64,000 nucleotides of DNA, taken from an uncultured Actinomycetes bacterium (GTDB lineage: Bacteria > Actinomycetota > Actinomycetes > S36-B12 > UBA10799). The DNA lies in assembly GCA_964547485.1 (NCBI GenBank), contig CAZJNU010000004.1:1188-65187 (forward strand). Direction: 5' to 3'. The position numbers and the translations under genes are program-made. This document shows, one piece after another, positions 55,569 through 64,000 of the stretch; the stretch's first letter is position 1, and the number at the start of each line of letters is the position of its first letter. The notes beneath the pieces were generated by a model. It was not told the DNA's origin. It saw nothing but the letters and a program-made list of their open reading frames with translations, and did not search any database.

Positions 55569-56567
55569 GTGGAACATCGACGTCTCGGAGACAGTGGCCT
55601 GCGTGTCAGCGAACTCGCCTACGGCAACTGGATCACGCACGCCTCCCAGGTGGACGAGGACGCCGCCCGCGCATGCGTGCACGCGGCCCTCGACGCCGGA
55701 ATCACCACCTTCGACACCGCAGACATCTACGCCGGCACGGCCGCCGAAGAGGTGCTCGGGCGGGCCCTGGCCGGATATCGCCGCGATGGGCTCGAGCTTT
55801 TCACGAAGACTTACTGGCCGATCGGACCAGGCGCGAACGACAGGGGCCTCTCCCGCAAGCACATCATGGCTGCCTGCGACGGGTCGCTGCGCAGACTCGG
55901 CGTGGACTACATCGATCTCTATCAGGCACACCGGTACGACTACGAAACGCCGCTGACAGAGACCCTGCGGGCGTTCGACGATCTGGTCAGGGCCGGCAAG
56001 GTGCTCTACGTCGGCGTGTCCGAGTGGACGGCGGGACAGATCGAGGAGGCCGTCCGGATCAGCGCCGAGATGGGCTTCGACCGGATCGTCTCCAATCAGC
56101 CCCAATACTCGGCCCTCTGGCGGGTGATCGAGGCCGAGGTGGAGCCTGTGTGTCGGCAGAACGGCATCGGCCAACTTGTCTGGTCACCGTTGGCGCAGGG
56201 CGTGTTGACCGGTAAGTACGTCCCCGGCGCCGCTGCCCCGGCGGACTCGCGCGCCTCCTCCGAAGTCGGCGGTGCCTTCATCAGCCGCTGGCTCCGAGAT
56301 GAGGTGCTGACCGCGGTGGCCGCCCTGAAACCGCTCGCGGATGAGATGGACCTGACCATCGCCCAACTGTCGCTGGCGTGGGTGCTCTCGAATGACAATG
56401 TCTCTGCCGCCATCCTCGGCGCCACCCGACCCGAGCAGTTGCTGTCCAACATCAAGGCCAGCGGTGTCACCCTCGATGCCGACATCAAGGCCCAGATGGA
56501 TGCAATCCTGGCTGAAGTCGTGGTCCGTGACCCCGGACTCACCCGCTCCCCCAACCCTCGACCCTGA
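55569..56567 (+). CDS. aldo/keto reductase
   Basis: 332 aa. LGDSGLRVSELAYGNW, FDTADIYA and IDLYQAHRYD motifs. Confidence 0.9.
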   Translation: MEHRRLGDSGLRVSELAYGNWITHASQVDEDAARACVHAALDAGITTFDTADIYAGTAAEEVLGRALAGYRRDGLELFTKTYWPIGPGANDRGLSRKHIMAACDGSLRRLGVDYIDLYQAHRYDYETPLTETLRAFDDLVRAGKVLYVGVSEWTAGQIEEAVRISAEMGFDRIVSNQPQYSALWRVIEAEVEPVCRQNGIGQLVWSPLAQGVLTGKYVPGAAAPADSRASSEVGGAFISRWLRDEVLTAVAALKPLADEMDLTIAQLSLAWVLSNDNVSAAILGATRPEQLLSNIKASGVTLDADIKAQMDAILAEVVVRDPGLTRSPNPRP

Positions 56568-56591
56568 CCAGCGAGCCGAACCACGACACAG

Positions 56592-56825
56592 ATGAACAGG
56601 AGGGCCCCGATGGCCCACAGTTGGCGATACCTGAAGGCTGATGGCAGCGAGGTCGTTCCGCTGCCGGAGGCGGCCACGATCAGCGATTTCCCCACCCAAG
56701 GTGAAGCGGAGTCGTGGGTCGGAGAGGTCTGGCGCGACCTGCTCGCGCAAGGGGTGGACGCCGTTACTTTGGTGTCCGACGGCGTCGTCGTGTACGGACC
56801 GATGAGCCTGCATCCGGTCGAGTAA
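56592..56825 (+). CDS. hypothetical small protein
   Basis: 77-aa ORF in the same orientation as its neighbours. No motif recognised. Confidence 0.4.
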   Translation: MNRRAPMAHSWRYLKADGSEVVPLPEAATISDFPTQGEAESWVGEVWRDLLAQGVDAVTLVSDGVVVYGPMSLHPVE

Positions 56826-56894
56826 CGCCCTGCGCGTCCTCGCTGTCGCGGATGTGGTGCAATTGCCGTGGGCTGTGGACCAACCACAACCCGT

Positions 56895-57075
56895 GTGTGC
56901 GCGCCAGTAGTTCTCAGGGAAGCCGGTGTGAATCCGGCGCTGTCCCGCAGCCGTGTACCGAAGTCCTGGCCCAGGACTTCGGTGAGTCGGATCGTCTGAG
57001 GTGCGCGTGCGGACTCCATCCGCCGAGGTAGCGGCCGGAGTCGACCGTCGGCTCATCGACGGCGACCCAGTCGTG
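56895..57075 (+). promoter_or_regulatory. cobalamin (B12) riboswitch
   Basis: The core cagggaagccggtgtgaatccggcgctgtcccgcagccgtg (56915-56955) matches the conserved AGGGAA..GGTG.GAA.CCGG.GC.G.CCCGC.NC.GT element. It is followed by an 11-bp hairpin (ccgaagtcctg/caggacttcgg) and a B12-box-like gagtcggatcgtctgagg. It sits upstream of transport and salvage genes. Confidence 0.7.
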
Positions 57076-57107
57076 CTTGGGGCACCGACCCGAAGGACGA
57101 CGCCGCC

Positions 57108-58226
57108 ATGACCAGCCGGCCCGCACTCCCCCGGTGGTTGCACCCCGGGGCGTGGTGGCTGTGGGCGCTTGGGCTGGCGGCGGCCGCCTCTCGGACAACG
57201 AATCCGTTTCTCCTGCTGCCGATCGTGGCGGTGGCCGGGATCGTCGTCTCCGCTCGGCGGCCCACCGCGCCATGGTCGAGATCGTTCGGGGTGTTCCTTC
57301 GGCTGGGGCTGATCGTGATCCTGGTGCGGGTCACATTCCAGGTGCTACTCGGAACGCCGCAGGGCACCCACGTCCTGGTCACGCTGCCAGCCGTCGACCT
57401 GCCCGGTTGGCTGGCGGGGATCCGGCTGGGCGGGGCGATAACGCTGGAGTCCCTGCTGTTCGCCTGCTACGACGGTCTGCGACTAGCGACGATCCTGGCC
57501 TGCATCGGGGCGGCAACGTCGCTGGCATCCCCGAGTCGACTGCTAAAGGCAATGCCGGCGGCACTCTACGAGATGGGCGTCGCGACCGTGGTCGCCCTCT
57601 CGTTCGCCCCGGCAATGGTGAGCGACATCTCCCGGGTGCGCAGCGCCCGCCGATTGCGCGGTCGACCCGACTCCGGAGTGCGCGGCCTGGCCGGCTCGGC
57701 GATGCCGGTGTTCGCCGGCGCCCTGGACCGTTCGATCGCGCTGGCGGCCGCGATGGACAGTCGCGGGTATGGCCGGGTGGCGCAGCGCAGTCGTGGCGAA
57801 CGCCGCCTGACGGCCGCGCTCGTGCTCGGCGGCATCGTCGGGGTCTGCCTCGGTCTATATGCGCTACTCGATGGCTCCAGCGCATCGGCCGCCGGCGCGC
57901 CACTGCTACTACTCGGCGTCGCGGCCGCAGGAGTCGGCATGTGGCGTAGCGGAAGGCGGAGCACCCGCACCCGGTACCGACCGGATCCGTGGTCGTGGCC
58001 CGAGTGGCTGACCGCGGCCTCCGGCCTCGCCGCGGCCGCAGCGCTGGTGCTGACCGCTCGAATCGACCCCGCCGCCGTCAACCCGTCGGTGACACCCCCG
58101 GAACTGCCCGCCCTCTCCGTCACTGCGATCGTCGGAATTCTCATCGCGCTATTGCCAGCGGTCGTGACGCCGGAGCCGCCGACGTCGGTACAGGCGCCCG
58201 CGTCGACGCTGGAGGCGGTCGGATGA
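57108..58226 (+). CDS. ECF transporter transmembrane (T) component, CbiQ/EcfT family, with a C-terminal extension
   Basis: 372 aa. The coupling-helix region SRVRSARRLRG and ALDRSIALAAAMDSRGY is typical of EcfT. About 100 extra C-terminal residues carry two more TM helices. Confidence 0.8.
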   Translation: MTSRPALPRWLHPGAWWLWALGLAAAASRTTNPFLLLPIVAVAGIVVSARRPTAPWSRSFGVFLRLGLIVILVRVTFQVLLGTPQGTHVLVTLPAVDLPGWLAGIRLGGAITLESLLFACYDGLRLATILACIGAATSLASPSRLLKAMPAALYEMGVATVVALSFAPAMVSDISRVRSARRLRGRPDSGVRGLAGSAMPVFAGALDRSIALAAAMDSRGYGRVAQRSRGERRLTAALVLGGIVGVCLGLYALLDGSSASAAGAPLLLLGVAAAGVGMWRSGRRSTRTRYRPDPWSWPEWLTAASGLAAAAALVLTARIDPAAVNPSVTPPELPALSVTAIVGILIALLPAVVTPEPPTSVQAPASTLEAVG

Positions 58227-59842
58227 TTCGGTTTGAGGACGTGTCGATTCGGTACGACCCGGCTGGCCCGGTCGTGCTGTCGAACGTCGACCTGCAGATA
58301 CCTGAAGGTGAACTGTGCCTGGTGGTCGGCGAGACGGGCACCGGCAAGTCCACGCTGCTGCAGGCGATCAACGGGCTGGTACCGCACTTCACCGGAGGTG
58401 TGCTTTCCGGTCGCGTGACTGTCGCAGGAAGGGATACCCGGGACAATCCGCCAAGGGAGCTCGCCGACATTGTCGGGATGGTGCTGCAGGATCCGATGAG
58501 TGGGTTCGTGGCCGATGTGGTGGAGGACGAACTCGCCTACGGGATGGAGAGCCTGGGCGTGGCGCCGGCCGTGATGCGCAAGCGGGTGGAGGAGACGCTG
58601 GACCTGATGGGCCTGGCAGATCTCCGCAACCGTTCCCTGCTGTCTCTCTCCGGGGGCCAACGGCAGCGCGTCGCGATCGGCTCCGTACTCACCGCGCACC
58701 CGCGGGTGCTGGTACTGGATGAACCAACCTCCGCGCTGGACCCAGGGGCAGCAGAGGAGGTACTCGCCGCCGTCACCCGACTCGTCCACGACTTGGGTTT
58801 GACCGTCGTGCTGGCCGAGCACCGACTGGAGCGAGTCCTGCAGTACGCCGATTCGGTGCTGCTGCTGCGGCCGGGTGCTCCGCCGCATCTGGGAACCCCG
58901 GCCGAGATGATGGCCGACTCTCCGGTTGCTCCCCCGGTGGTCCAGTTGGGTCGGCTCGCCGGTTGGCGGCCGCTACCGCTGACGGTGCGAGATGCCCGAC
59001 GGGCTGCGGGCGGACTGCGGGCGCAATTGTCCTCGAACCCCGCCCCCACCACGAACTACCCAGTTGATCCGGCGACCGGGCCACCGGCATTTGACAGCGC
59101 GTCACTGGCTGTTGCCTACGGTCCGATCTGGGCACTGCGGGAGGCGACGCTGGCCGTCTCCGCTGGTCAGGTCGTTGCGTTGATGGGGCGAAATGGCGCG
59201 GGCAAGTCGACCCTGCTGAAAGCCGCGGTGGCGCTTGTGCCCATCACTGCGGGGCGAGTGCTGGTTGCGGGCCGGGACCCCGCCGTTCTGGTGGGTGCCG
59301 ATCTGGTGCGGACGGTGGGGTTGGTCCCGCAGGAGCCGACCGACTTGCTCTACTCGGACACCGTCGCGGCCGAATGTTCGGCCGCCGACCGTGACTCGTC
59401 AGCCGCCGCCGGCACAACGGCCGCCCTGCTGGACAGGCTCGCGCCGGAGATCTCCGCCGAGATTCATCCGCGCGATCTGTCTGAGGGCCAGCGCCTCTGC
59501 CTGGTGCTCGCGATCGTGATGTCTGCCGACCCCGGGCTGCTGCTGCTCGACGAACCCACCCGCGGACTGGACTACGGTTCCAAACGGCGACTGGTCACTA
59601 TCCTGCGGGACTTGGCCCGAAACGGCACGGCGATTCTGCTCGCTTCTCACGATGTCGAATTGGTGGCCGAGGTCGCCGATCGGGTCGCGATCATCGCCGA
59701 CGGCGAGATCGTGGCGGTCGGCCCGACTGCGGAGGTGGTCACTGCCTCGCCCATTTTCGCCCCGCAGGTCTGCAAGGTCCTGGCCCCCGCGCCATGGCTG
59801 ACGGTGGATCAGGTCGCCGACGCCCTGCAGGTGACCGGATGA
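58223..59842 (+). CDS. ECF transporter duplicated ATPase (fused EcfA-EcfA')
   Basis: Two ABC cassettes: Walker A GETGTGKST and GRNGAGKST, signatures LSGGQRQRV and LSEGQRL. ATGA overlap with the T component. Confidence 0.9.
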   Translation: MIRFEDVSIRYDPAGPVVLSNVDLQIPEGELCLVVGETGTGKSTLLQAINGLVPHFTGGVLSGRVTVAGRDTRDNPPRELADIVGMVLQDPMSGFVADVVEDELAYGMESLGVAPAVMRKRVEETLDLMGLADLRNRSLLSLSGGQRQRVAIGSVLTAHPRVLVLDEPTSALDPGAAEEVLAAVTRLVHDLGLTVVLAEHRLERVLQYADSVLLLRPGAPPHLGTPAEMMADSPVAPPVVQLGRLAGWRPLPLTVRDARRAAGGLRAQLSSNPAPTTNYPVDPATGPPAFDSASLAVAYGPIWALREATLAVSAGQVVALMGRNGAGKSTLLKAAVALVPITAGRVLVAGRDPAVLVGADLVRTVGLVPQEPTDLLYSDTVAAECSAADRDSSAAAGTTAALLDRLAPEISAEIHPRDLSEGQRLCLVLAIVMSADPGLLLLDEPTRGLDYGSKRRLVTILRDLARNGTAILLASHDVELVAEVADRVAIIADGEIVAVGPTAEVVTASPIFAPQVCKVLAPAPWLTVDQVADALQVTG

Positions 59843-60765
59843 CCGACCGGAATCACGACGACGACTGGCGCGGACCGGTCAGGAGCGCCGGATCCGACAC
59901 CGAAATCGCCAGCAGAACGCCTCGCTCGGCGACTGTGCTGCGCACCCGCACCCGGGTAGTGCTGACGCTGGTCAGCCTGGTCGGGGTGGCCGCCTTCTTC
60001 TGGCCCTTCCTCGCACGCCCGGGCAGCGCTGTGCTGGGCCATTCCGCGGATGCCCCCTGGCTGTTCGCCCTGCTCCTCCCGTTGCTGTTACTGCTGGTCA
60101 TCGCCGAAGTGTCCGATGGTGGACTGGACGCTCGCGGGATCGCCATGCTCGGCGTCCTCTCGGCCGTCGCAGCAGCACTTCGCCCGCTCGGTGCCGGCAG
60201 TGTCGGCTTCGAGCCGATCTGGGTGGTGATCGTGCTGGGTGGCCGCGCGCTGGGCCCCGGTTTCGGCTTCCTGCTGGGGAACCTGTCGCTTTTCGCCTCC
60301 GCACTGCTGACCGGCGGGGTCGGGCCCTGGCTTCCGTTCCAGATGATCGCCGCCGGCTGGCTGGGGTTCGGTGCGGGCGTTCTGCCGGGGCTTCGTGGTC
60401 GGGCCGAGGCAATCATGTTGGCCTGCTACGGAGCCGTGGCCGGTCTCGCCTACGGCTTCCTGCTGAATCTGTGGTTCTGGCCGTGGGCCGCCGGCACTGC
60501 GAGTCAACTGTCCTTCGTGGCCGGTGCGCCGGTGAGTGAGAATCTGCACAGATGGCTGCTCTTCAACCTCGCGACATCGCTCGGCTACGACATTCCCCGG
60601 GCCATCGTGGTGGCGGTGCTACTACTGCTCGCCGGTCCGCCGGTACTGGCCGCGTTGCGTCGCGCGACCCGCCGCGCGTCGTTCGACCGACCCATCTCGT
60701 TCGAACCCAGTCCGACGCCACCACGGCCGACGCCACCACACCCGACGCCGGAGTCCACCGGATGA
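59839..60765 (+). CDS. ECF transporter substrate-specific (S) component, probably corrinoid-specific (CbrT-like)
   Basis: Polytopic membrane protein with ATGA overlaps on both sides. It lacks the CbiM N-terminal MH..G metal motif. Specificity is inferred only from the riboswitch and the cob gene context. Confidence 0.6.
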   Translation: MTDRNHDDDWRGPVRSAGSDTEIASRTPRSATVLRTRTRVVLTLVSLVGVAAFFWPFLARPGSAVLGHSADAPWLFALLLPLLLLLVIAEVSDGGLDARGIAMLGVLSAVAAALRPLGAGSVGFEPIWVVIVLGGRALGPGFGFLLGNLSLFASALLTGGVGPWLPFQMIAAGWLGFGAGVLPGLRGRAEAIMLACYGAVAGLAYGFLLNLWFWPWAAGTASQLSFVAGAPVSENLHRWLLFNLATSLGYDIPRAIVVAVLLLLAGPPVLAALRRATRRASFDRPISFEPSPTPPRPTPPHPTPESTG

Positions 60766-62192
60766 AGGTCACCGTGCTGGGAACGGGAGCTGCCGACGGT
60801 ATCCCGCAACCGTTCTGTGGGTGCACCACCTGCGGTCATGCCCGATTCACCGGTGAGGTGCGGTGCGCTGGCGGCGTGCTACTCGACGACACCGTGCTGA
60901 TCGACGCGCCACCCGCGCTCGGGACGGCCGCAGCTCGGGCCGGCGTCACGCTCGAAGCTGTGAACACAGTGCTGGTGACGCACAGCCACCCCGACCACTG
61001 GGACCCGTCATTCCTGCTGTACCGCCAGTGGCAGCTCAACGTGGCAACACGACCGCTGTCGGTGGTCGGGCCGGTCGATGTCATCGAGAGCGCCCAGCAG
61101 TGGCTCCCGCCGAGCTCCGCCGTGCAACTCCAATCAGTGACTGCAGGCGACCACTTTCGCTCGGCTGCCGGCCACGAGGTCCGGGTACTGGCTAGCAGCC
61201 ACGGCAACGGCACCGACCGCTGCGCCGACCTTGCCGTGCTGTTCGACGTCACCGGTCCCGACGGCGCCCGACTGCTCTACGCCAGCGACACCGGCGTACT
61301 ACCTGCGGAGGTCGTGGACGCCATCCGGGGCGCCCGGTTCGATGTGGTCCTCCTTGAGCTGACCTTCGGCGCCGACGGGCCGACGACGGCCGGGCATCTG
61401 GATCACGACAGCTTCACCGCCACACTGGCCACCTTGCGCCAGGTCGACGCCATCACTTCGACCTCAACCGTGGTGGCCGTCCACCTCGGACACCACAACC
61501 CACCGACCCCCGCCCTCGAAGCCTTTCTACGGTCGGTTGGTGCTCGGTGCGTCACCGATGGACGAACCTGGCAGATCTCGCCCGGCGAGCCCATGCCGGC
61601 CGACCGCCGACGGGTACTCATCCTTGGGGGCGTCCGGTCCGGCAAGTCCCGGCACGCCGAGAAGCTGGCCGCCCCAGCCCCCGAGGTGACCTACGTCGCG
61701 ACCGGATGGCCGCGAGGCAGCAACGTCGGCGACGATTGGGACGACCGGATCGTCTCCCATCAGGCACGGCGTCCGCTGCACTGGCAAACGACCGAGACGC
61801 TCGACATCGTCGACGTCCTGACCCGGGCCGAGCCGGGTCAGACCGTGCTGGTGGACTGTCTGGCGCTGTGGGTCACGAGACTCGTGGACGAGGCCGACGC
61901 CTGGCGCGATCGCGACCGAGCCACCACCACGGTGACCGCCGCGGCCGCGTCCCTCTGTGCAGCGCTGGCGAGCAGCCAGGCCGCGCAGGTGTTCATCGTC
62001 AGCAATGAGGTCGGCTCCGGGGTCGCCCCCGCGACAGCGTCCGGCGGACTATTCCGCGATCTGCTCGGCCTGGTGAACACCTCCGTGGCCAACTGCTGCG
62101 ACGAGGTACTCCTCATGATTGCCGGTCGGCCGTGCTCGCTGCCTGCGGCCGACACCAGCCCCAGCGCCGCACCCGAGGAGGCTTCCAGATGA
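60762..62192 (+). CDS. cobU: fusion protein: MBL-fold hydrolase + adenosylcobinamide kinase / adenosylcobinamide-phosphate guanylyltransferase
   Basis: The N-terminal ~275 aa carry VLVTHSHPDHWD (HxHxDH). The C-terminal ~190 aa carry the CobU P-loop LGGVRSGKS, the His region RIVSHQARRP and VSNEVGSG. Confidence 0.8.
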   Translation: MKVTVLGTGAADGIPQPFCGCTTCGHARFTGEVRCAGGVLLDDTVLIDAPPALGTAAARAGVTLEAVNTVLVTHSHPDHWDPSFLLYRQWQLNVATRPLSVVGPVDVIESAQQWLPPSSAVQLQSVTAGDHFRSAAGHEVRVLASSHGNGTDRCADLAVLFDVTGPDGARLLYASDTGVLPAEVVDAIRGARFDVVLLELTFGADGPTTAGHLDHDSFTATLATLRQVDAITSTSTVVAVHLGHHNPPTPALEAFLRSVGARCVTDGRTWQISPGEPMPADRRRVLILGGVRSGKSRHAEKLAAPAPEVTYVATGWPRGSNVGDDWDDRIVSHQARRPLHWQTTETLDIVDVLTRAEPGQTVLVDCLALWVTRLVDEADAWRDRDRATTTVTAAAASLCAALASSQAAQVFIVSNEVGSGVAPATASGGLFRDLLGLVNTSVANCCDEVLLMIAGRPCSLPAADTSPSAAPEEASR

Positions 62193-63304
62193 CCGATTCG
62201 GTCGACGAATCTGCACTAGACCTGGCGGACTTGGCCAGTCAAGTGATGCTGCCCGACGAGGACGCCAGGGCCGCCGCGTTGACCCGTCAGGCGACCCTGA
62301 CCAAACCCGCAGGGTCGCTGGGCCGGCTGGAGGAACTGTCGGTGTGGCTGTGCGGGGTGCAAGGGGTGTGTCCGCCGCGTCCGATCGCCCAACCGCGGCT
62401 GGTCATCTTCGCCGGCGACCACGGTGTGGCCACGACCGCCGGAACCTCGGCGTACCCGAGCGCGGTGACGGCTCAGATGGTACTCAACCTGCTCGCGGGC
62501 GGAGCGGCCGCGAATGTCCTCGCCGACGCCGCCGGAGTCGGCGTGCGCGTCGTCGACATGGCCGTCGATGTCGATTGGGATGCGCTCGGCGCACCGGTCC
62601 CGGCCGATCTGACCCGGTACAAGGTGCGACGAAGTTCTGGCAGCTTGGACCGGGAGGACGCGCTGACAATCGCCGAGGCCCGACAGGGATTCGACGCCGG
62701 TCGGGCCATCGCGGATGCCGAGATCGACGCCGGCGCAGATCTGCTGATCGCCGGCGACATGGGTATCGGCAACACAACGCCGGCAGCCGTCGTGGTGGCG
62801 CTGGCCTGCCACCGAAATGCGGCCGATGTGGTCGGCCGCGGCACCGGAATCGACGACCTGACCTGGATGCGCAAATGCGCCGCCATCCGGGACGGACTGC
62901 ATCGCACGACGCCACATCGGGGCGATCCGATGGCGGTGCTCGCCAGTTGCGGCGGTGCGGACTTCGCAGCCATGACCGGGTTTCTGCTGCAGGCCTCCAT
63001 CCGCGGCGTGCCGGTGATCCTCGATGGGCTGATCTCCGGTGCCTGCGCACTGGTCGCAAATGCGATCTCTTATCGGGCCCGGAATTGGTGGCTCGCAGGA
63101 CACCGATCAACTGAACCCGCTCACGCACTGGTGCTGGACAAACTTGGCCTGGATCCGGTGATCGATTTTCAACTGCGACTGGGAGAAGGGTCCGGGGCTT
63201 TAGTTGCGCTGCCGATCCTGTCGGCGGCCGGCGCGACGTTGCGGGAGATGGCGACCTTCGACGATGCAGGCGTCTCGGGCCCTGCGCAGCAGTCCGACGA
63301 GTGA
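62189..63304 (+). CDS. cobT: nicotinate-nucleotide--dimethylbenzimidazole phosphoribosyltransferase
   Basis: ATG at 62189 (ATGA overlap with cobU). KPAGSLGRLEEL and GDMGIGNTT motifs. Confidence 0.9.
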   Translation: MTDSVDESALDLADLASQVMLPDEDARAAALTRQATLTKPAGSLGRLEELSVWLCGVQGVCPPRPIAQPRLVIFAGDHGVATTAGTSAYPSAVTAQMVLNLLAGGAAANVLADAAGVGVRVVDMAVDVDWDALGAPVPADLTRYKVRRSSGSLDREDALTIAEARQGFDAGRAIADAEIDAGADLLIAGDMGIGNTTPAAVVVALACHRNAADVVGRGTGIDDLTWMRKCAAIRDGLHRTTPHRGDPMAVLASCGGADFAAMTGFLLQASIRGVPVILDGLISGACALVANAISYRARNWWLAGHRSTEPAHALVLDKLGLDPVIDFQLRLGEGSGALVALPILSAAGATLREMATFDDAGVSGPAQQSDE

Positions 63305-64000
63305 ACACCGCACCGTCGGAGCCACCACCGGCACCAACCTCTGCCGCCGCGGATGCCTTCCGATTGGCGATCGGCACCTTCACCAGGCTGCCGACCAGGG
63401 CGCCGAGCCTCGTCGATCGTCGACGCGGCGGGCTCTCGCTGCTGCTGGCCCCCGCCGTCGGCCTGCTGCTGGGTGGCCTGGCCGCGTGCGCCGGACTCCT
63501 GCTCTGGTGGTTCGCGGGGATAGCGGGCAACGCGACGACCCCGATCGCGTGTGTCGCCGCAGGGGTCACCCTGACCGCCGCAGGCTGGTTGAGCCGCGGA
63601 CTGCACCTGGACGGTCTTGCCGACCTCGCGGACGGACTCGGGTCAGTTCTGGGACCTGCGACCGATGGCGGCCAGCGAATGACAACCGCCATGCGCGACC
63701 CCCAGATCGGCGCCTTCGGCGCCATCGCGCTCATCTTCACCATCGGAATCCAACTGGCGGCGCTGGCAAGTTGCTTCGCCACCGGCCTCGGGGCAACCGC
63801 CTTCGTCGCGGCGGCGATAAGTAGCCGATCGACGCTGGCCCTGGTGGCCCGACGCGGCACGCCCAGACGCAGCAGCGGACTGGGCGCCTCGGTGGTCGGA
63901 GTGGTCCCGCCGACTGTCGGACTGGTTGTCTGGTCGGTGACGACAGCCTTCGTCACCGTCCTTCTCTGGTTCTTCGGGGCAGCGTGGTTCGCCGGCCCGA
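63301..64000 (+). CDS. cobS: adenosylcobinamide-GDP ribazoletransferase (cobalamin synthase), 3'-truncated by the window end
   Basis: GTG at 63301 overlaps the cobT stop (GTGA). The translation VNTAPSE..AFRLAIGTFTRLPT matches the CobS N-terminal motif and is followed by TM helices. No stop codon occurs before position 64000. Confidence 0.8.
   Translation, partial: MNTAPSEPPPAPTSAAADAFRLAIGTFTRLPTRAPSLVDRRRGGLSLLLAPAVGLLLGGLAACAGLLLWWFAGIAGNATTPIACVAAGVTLTAAGWLSRGLHLDGLADLADGLGSVLGPATDGGQRMTTAMRDPQIGAFGAIALIFTIGIQLAALASCFATGLGATAFVAAAISSRSTLALVARRGTPRRSSGLGASVVGVVPPTVGLVVWSVTTAFVTVLLWFFGAAWFAGP

Noticed and set aside
62484-63956. 490-aa ORF on the - strand
   Set aside because: It is antisense to cobT and cobS. 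It is extremely Arg/Pro/Ser-rich, and the sense-strand genes have canonical motifs and coupled start/stop overlaps.
1-64000. tRNA, rRNA or tmRNA genes
   Set aside because: None of the intergenic regions showed cloverleaf-like or rRNA-like sequence on inspection. This was not checked with a dedicated tool, so short ncRNAs could have been missed.

Overview
This is a high-GC Actinomycetota chromosomal segment. Its backbone is a conserved housekeeping block that, from memory, resembles the mycobacterial Rv2181-Rv2205c neighbourhood. That block carries fadD, SRPBCC proteins, glucokinase, a GT87 mannosyltransferase, a PimB-like GT4, an NlpC/P60 hydrolase, a DEDD/GIY-YIG exonuclease, trpD, ctaE-qcrCAB, ctaF-ctaD-ctaC, a PfkB kinase, erpA, glycerate kinase, nadA and pspA-htpX. 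Several accessory modules interrupt it. (1) A Tad/Flp pilus locus (tadZ-tadA-tadB-tadC, a NarL-type sensor kinase and regulator, flp), with tadE/tadG-like genes 5 kb away. flp appears translationally coupled to two polytopic glycosyltransferase-like membrane proteins. (2) A roughly 9 kb island lies between qcrB and an L,D-transpeptidase. It holds a frameshifted asparagine-synthetase-like gene, a 1620-aa secreted protein with 13 Listeria-Bacteroides-type repeats, and an intact IS1634-like element with target-site duplication. (3) A compact RelA/SpoT synthetase gene overlaps an 89-codon partner and is a candidate toxSAS toxin-antitoxin or defence pair. (4) A cobalamin-riboswitch-led operon encodes an ECF transporter, an MBL-CobU fusion, cobT and cobS. 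No rRNA, tRNA or CRISPR array was seen. All calls rest on motif recognition by eye, and no database search was possible. Start codons are frequently uncertain, and the many long antisense ORFs are treated as high-GC shadow ORFs.
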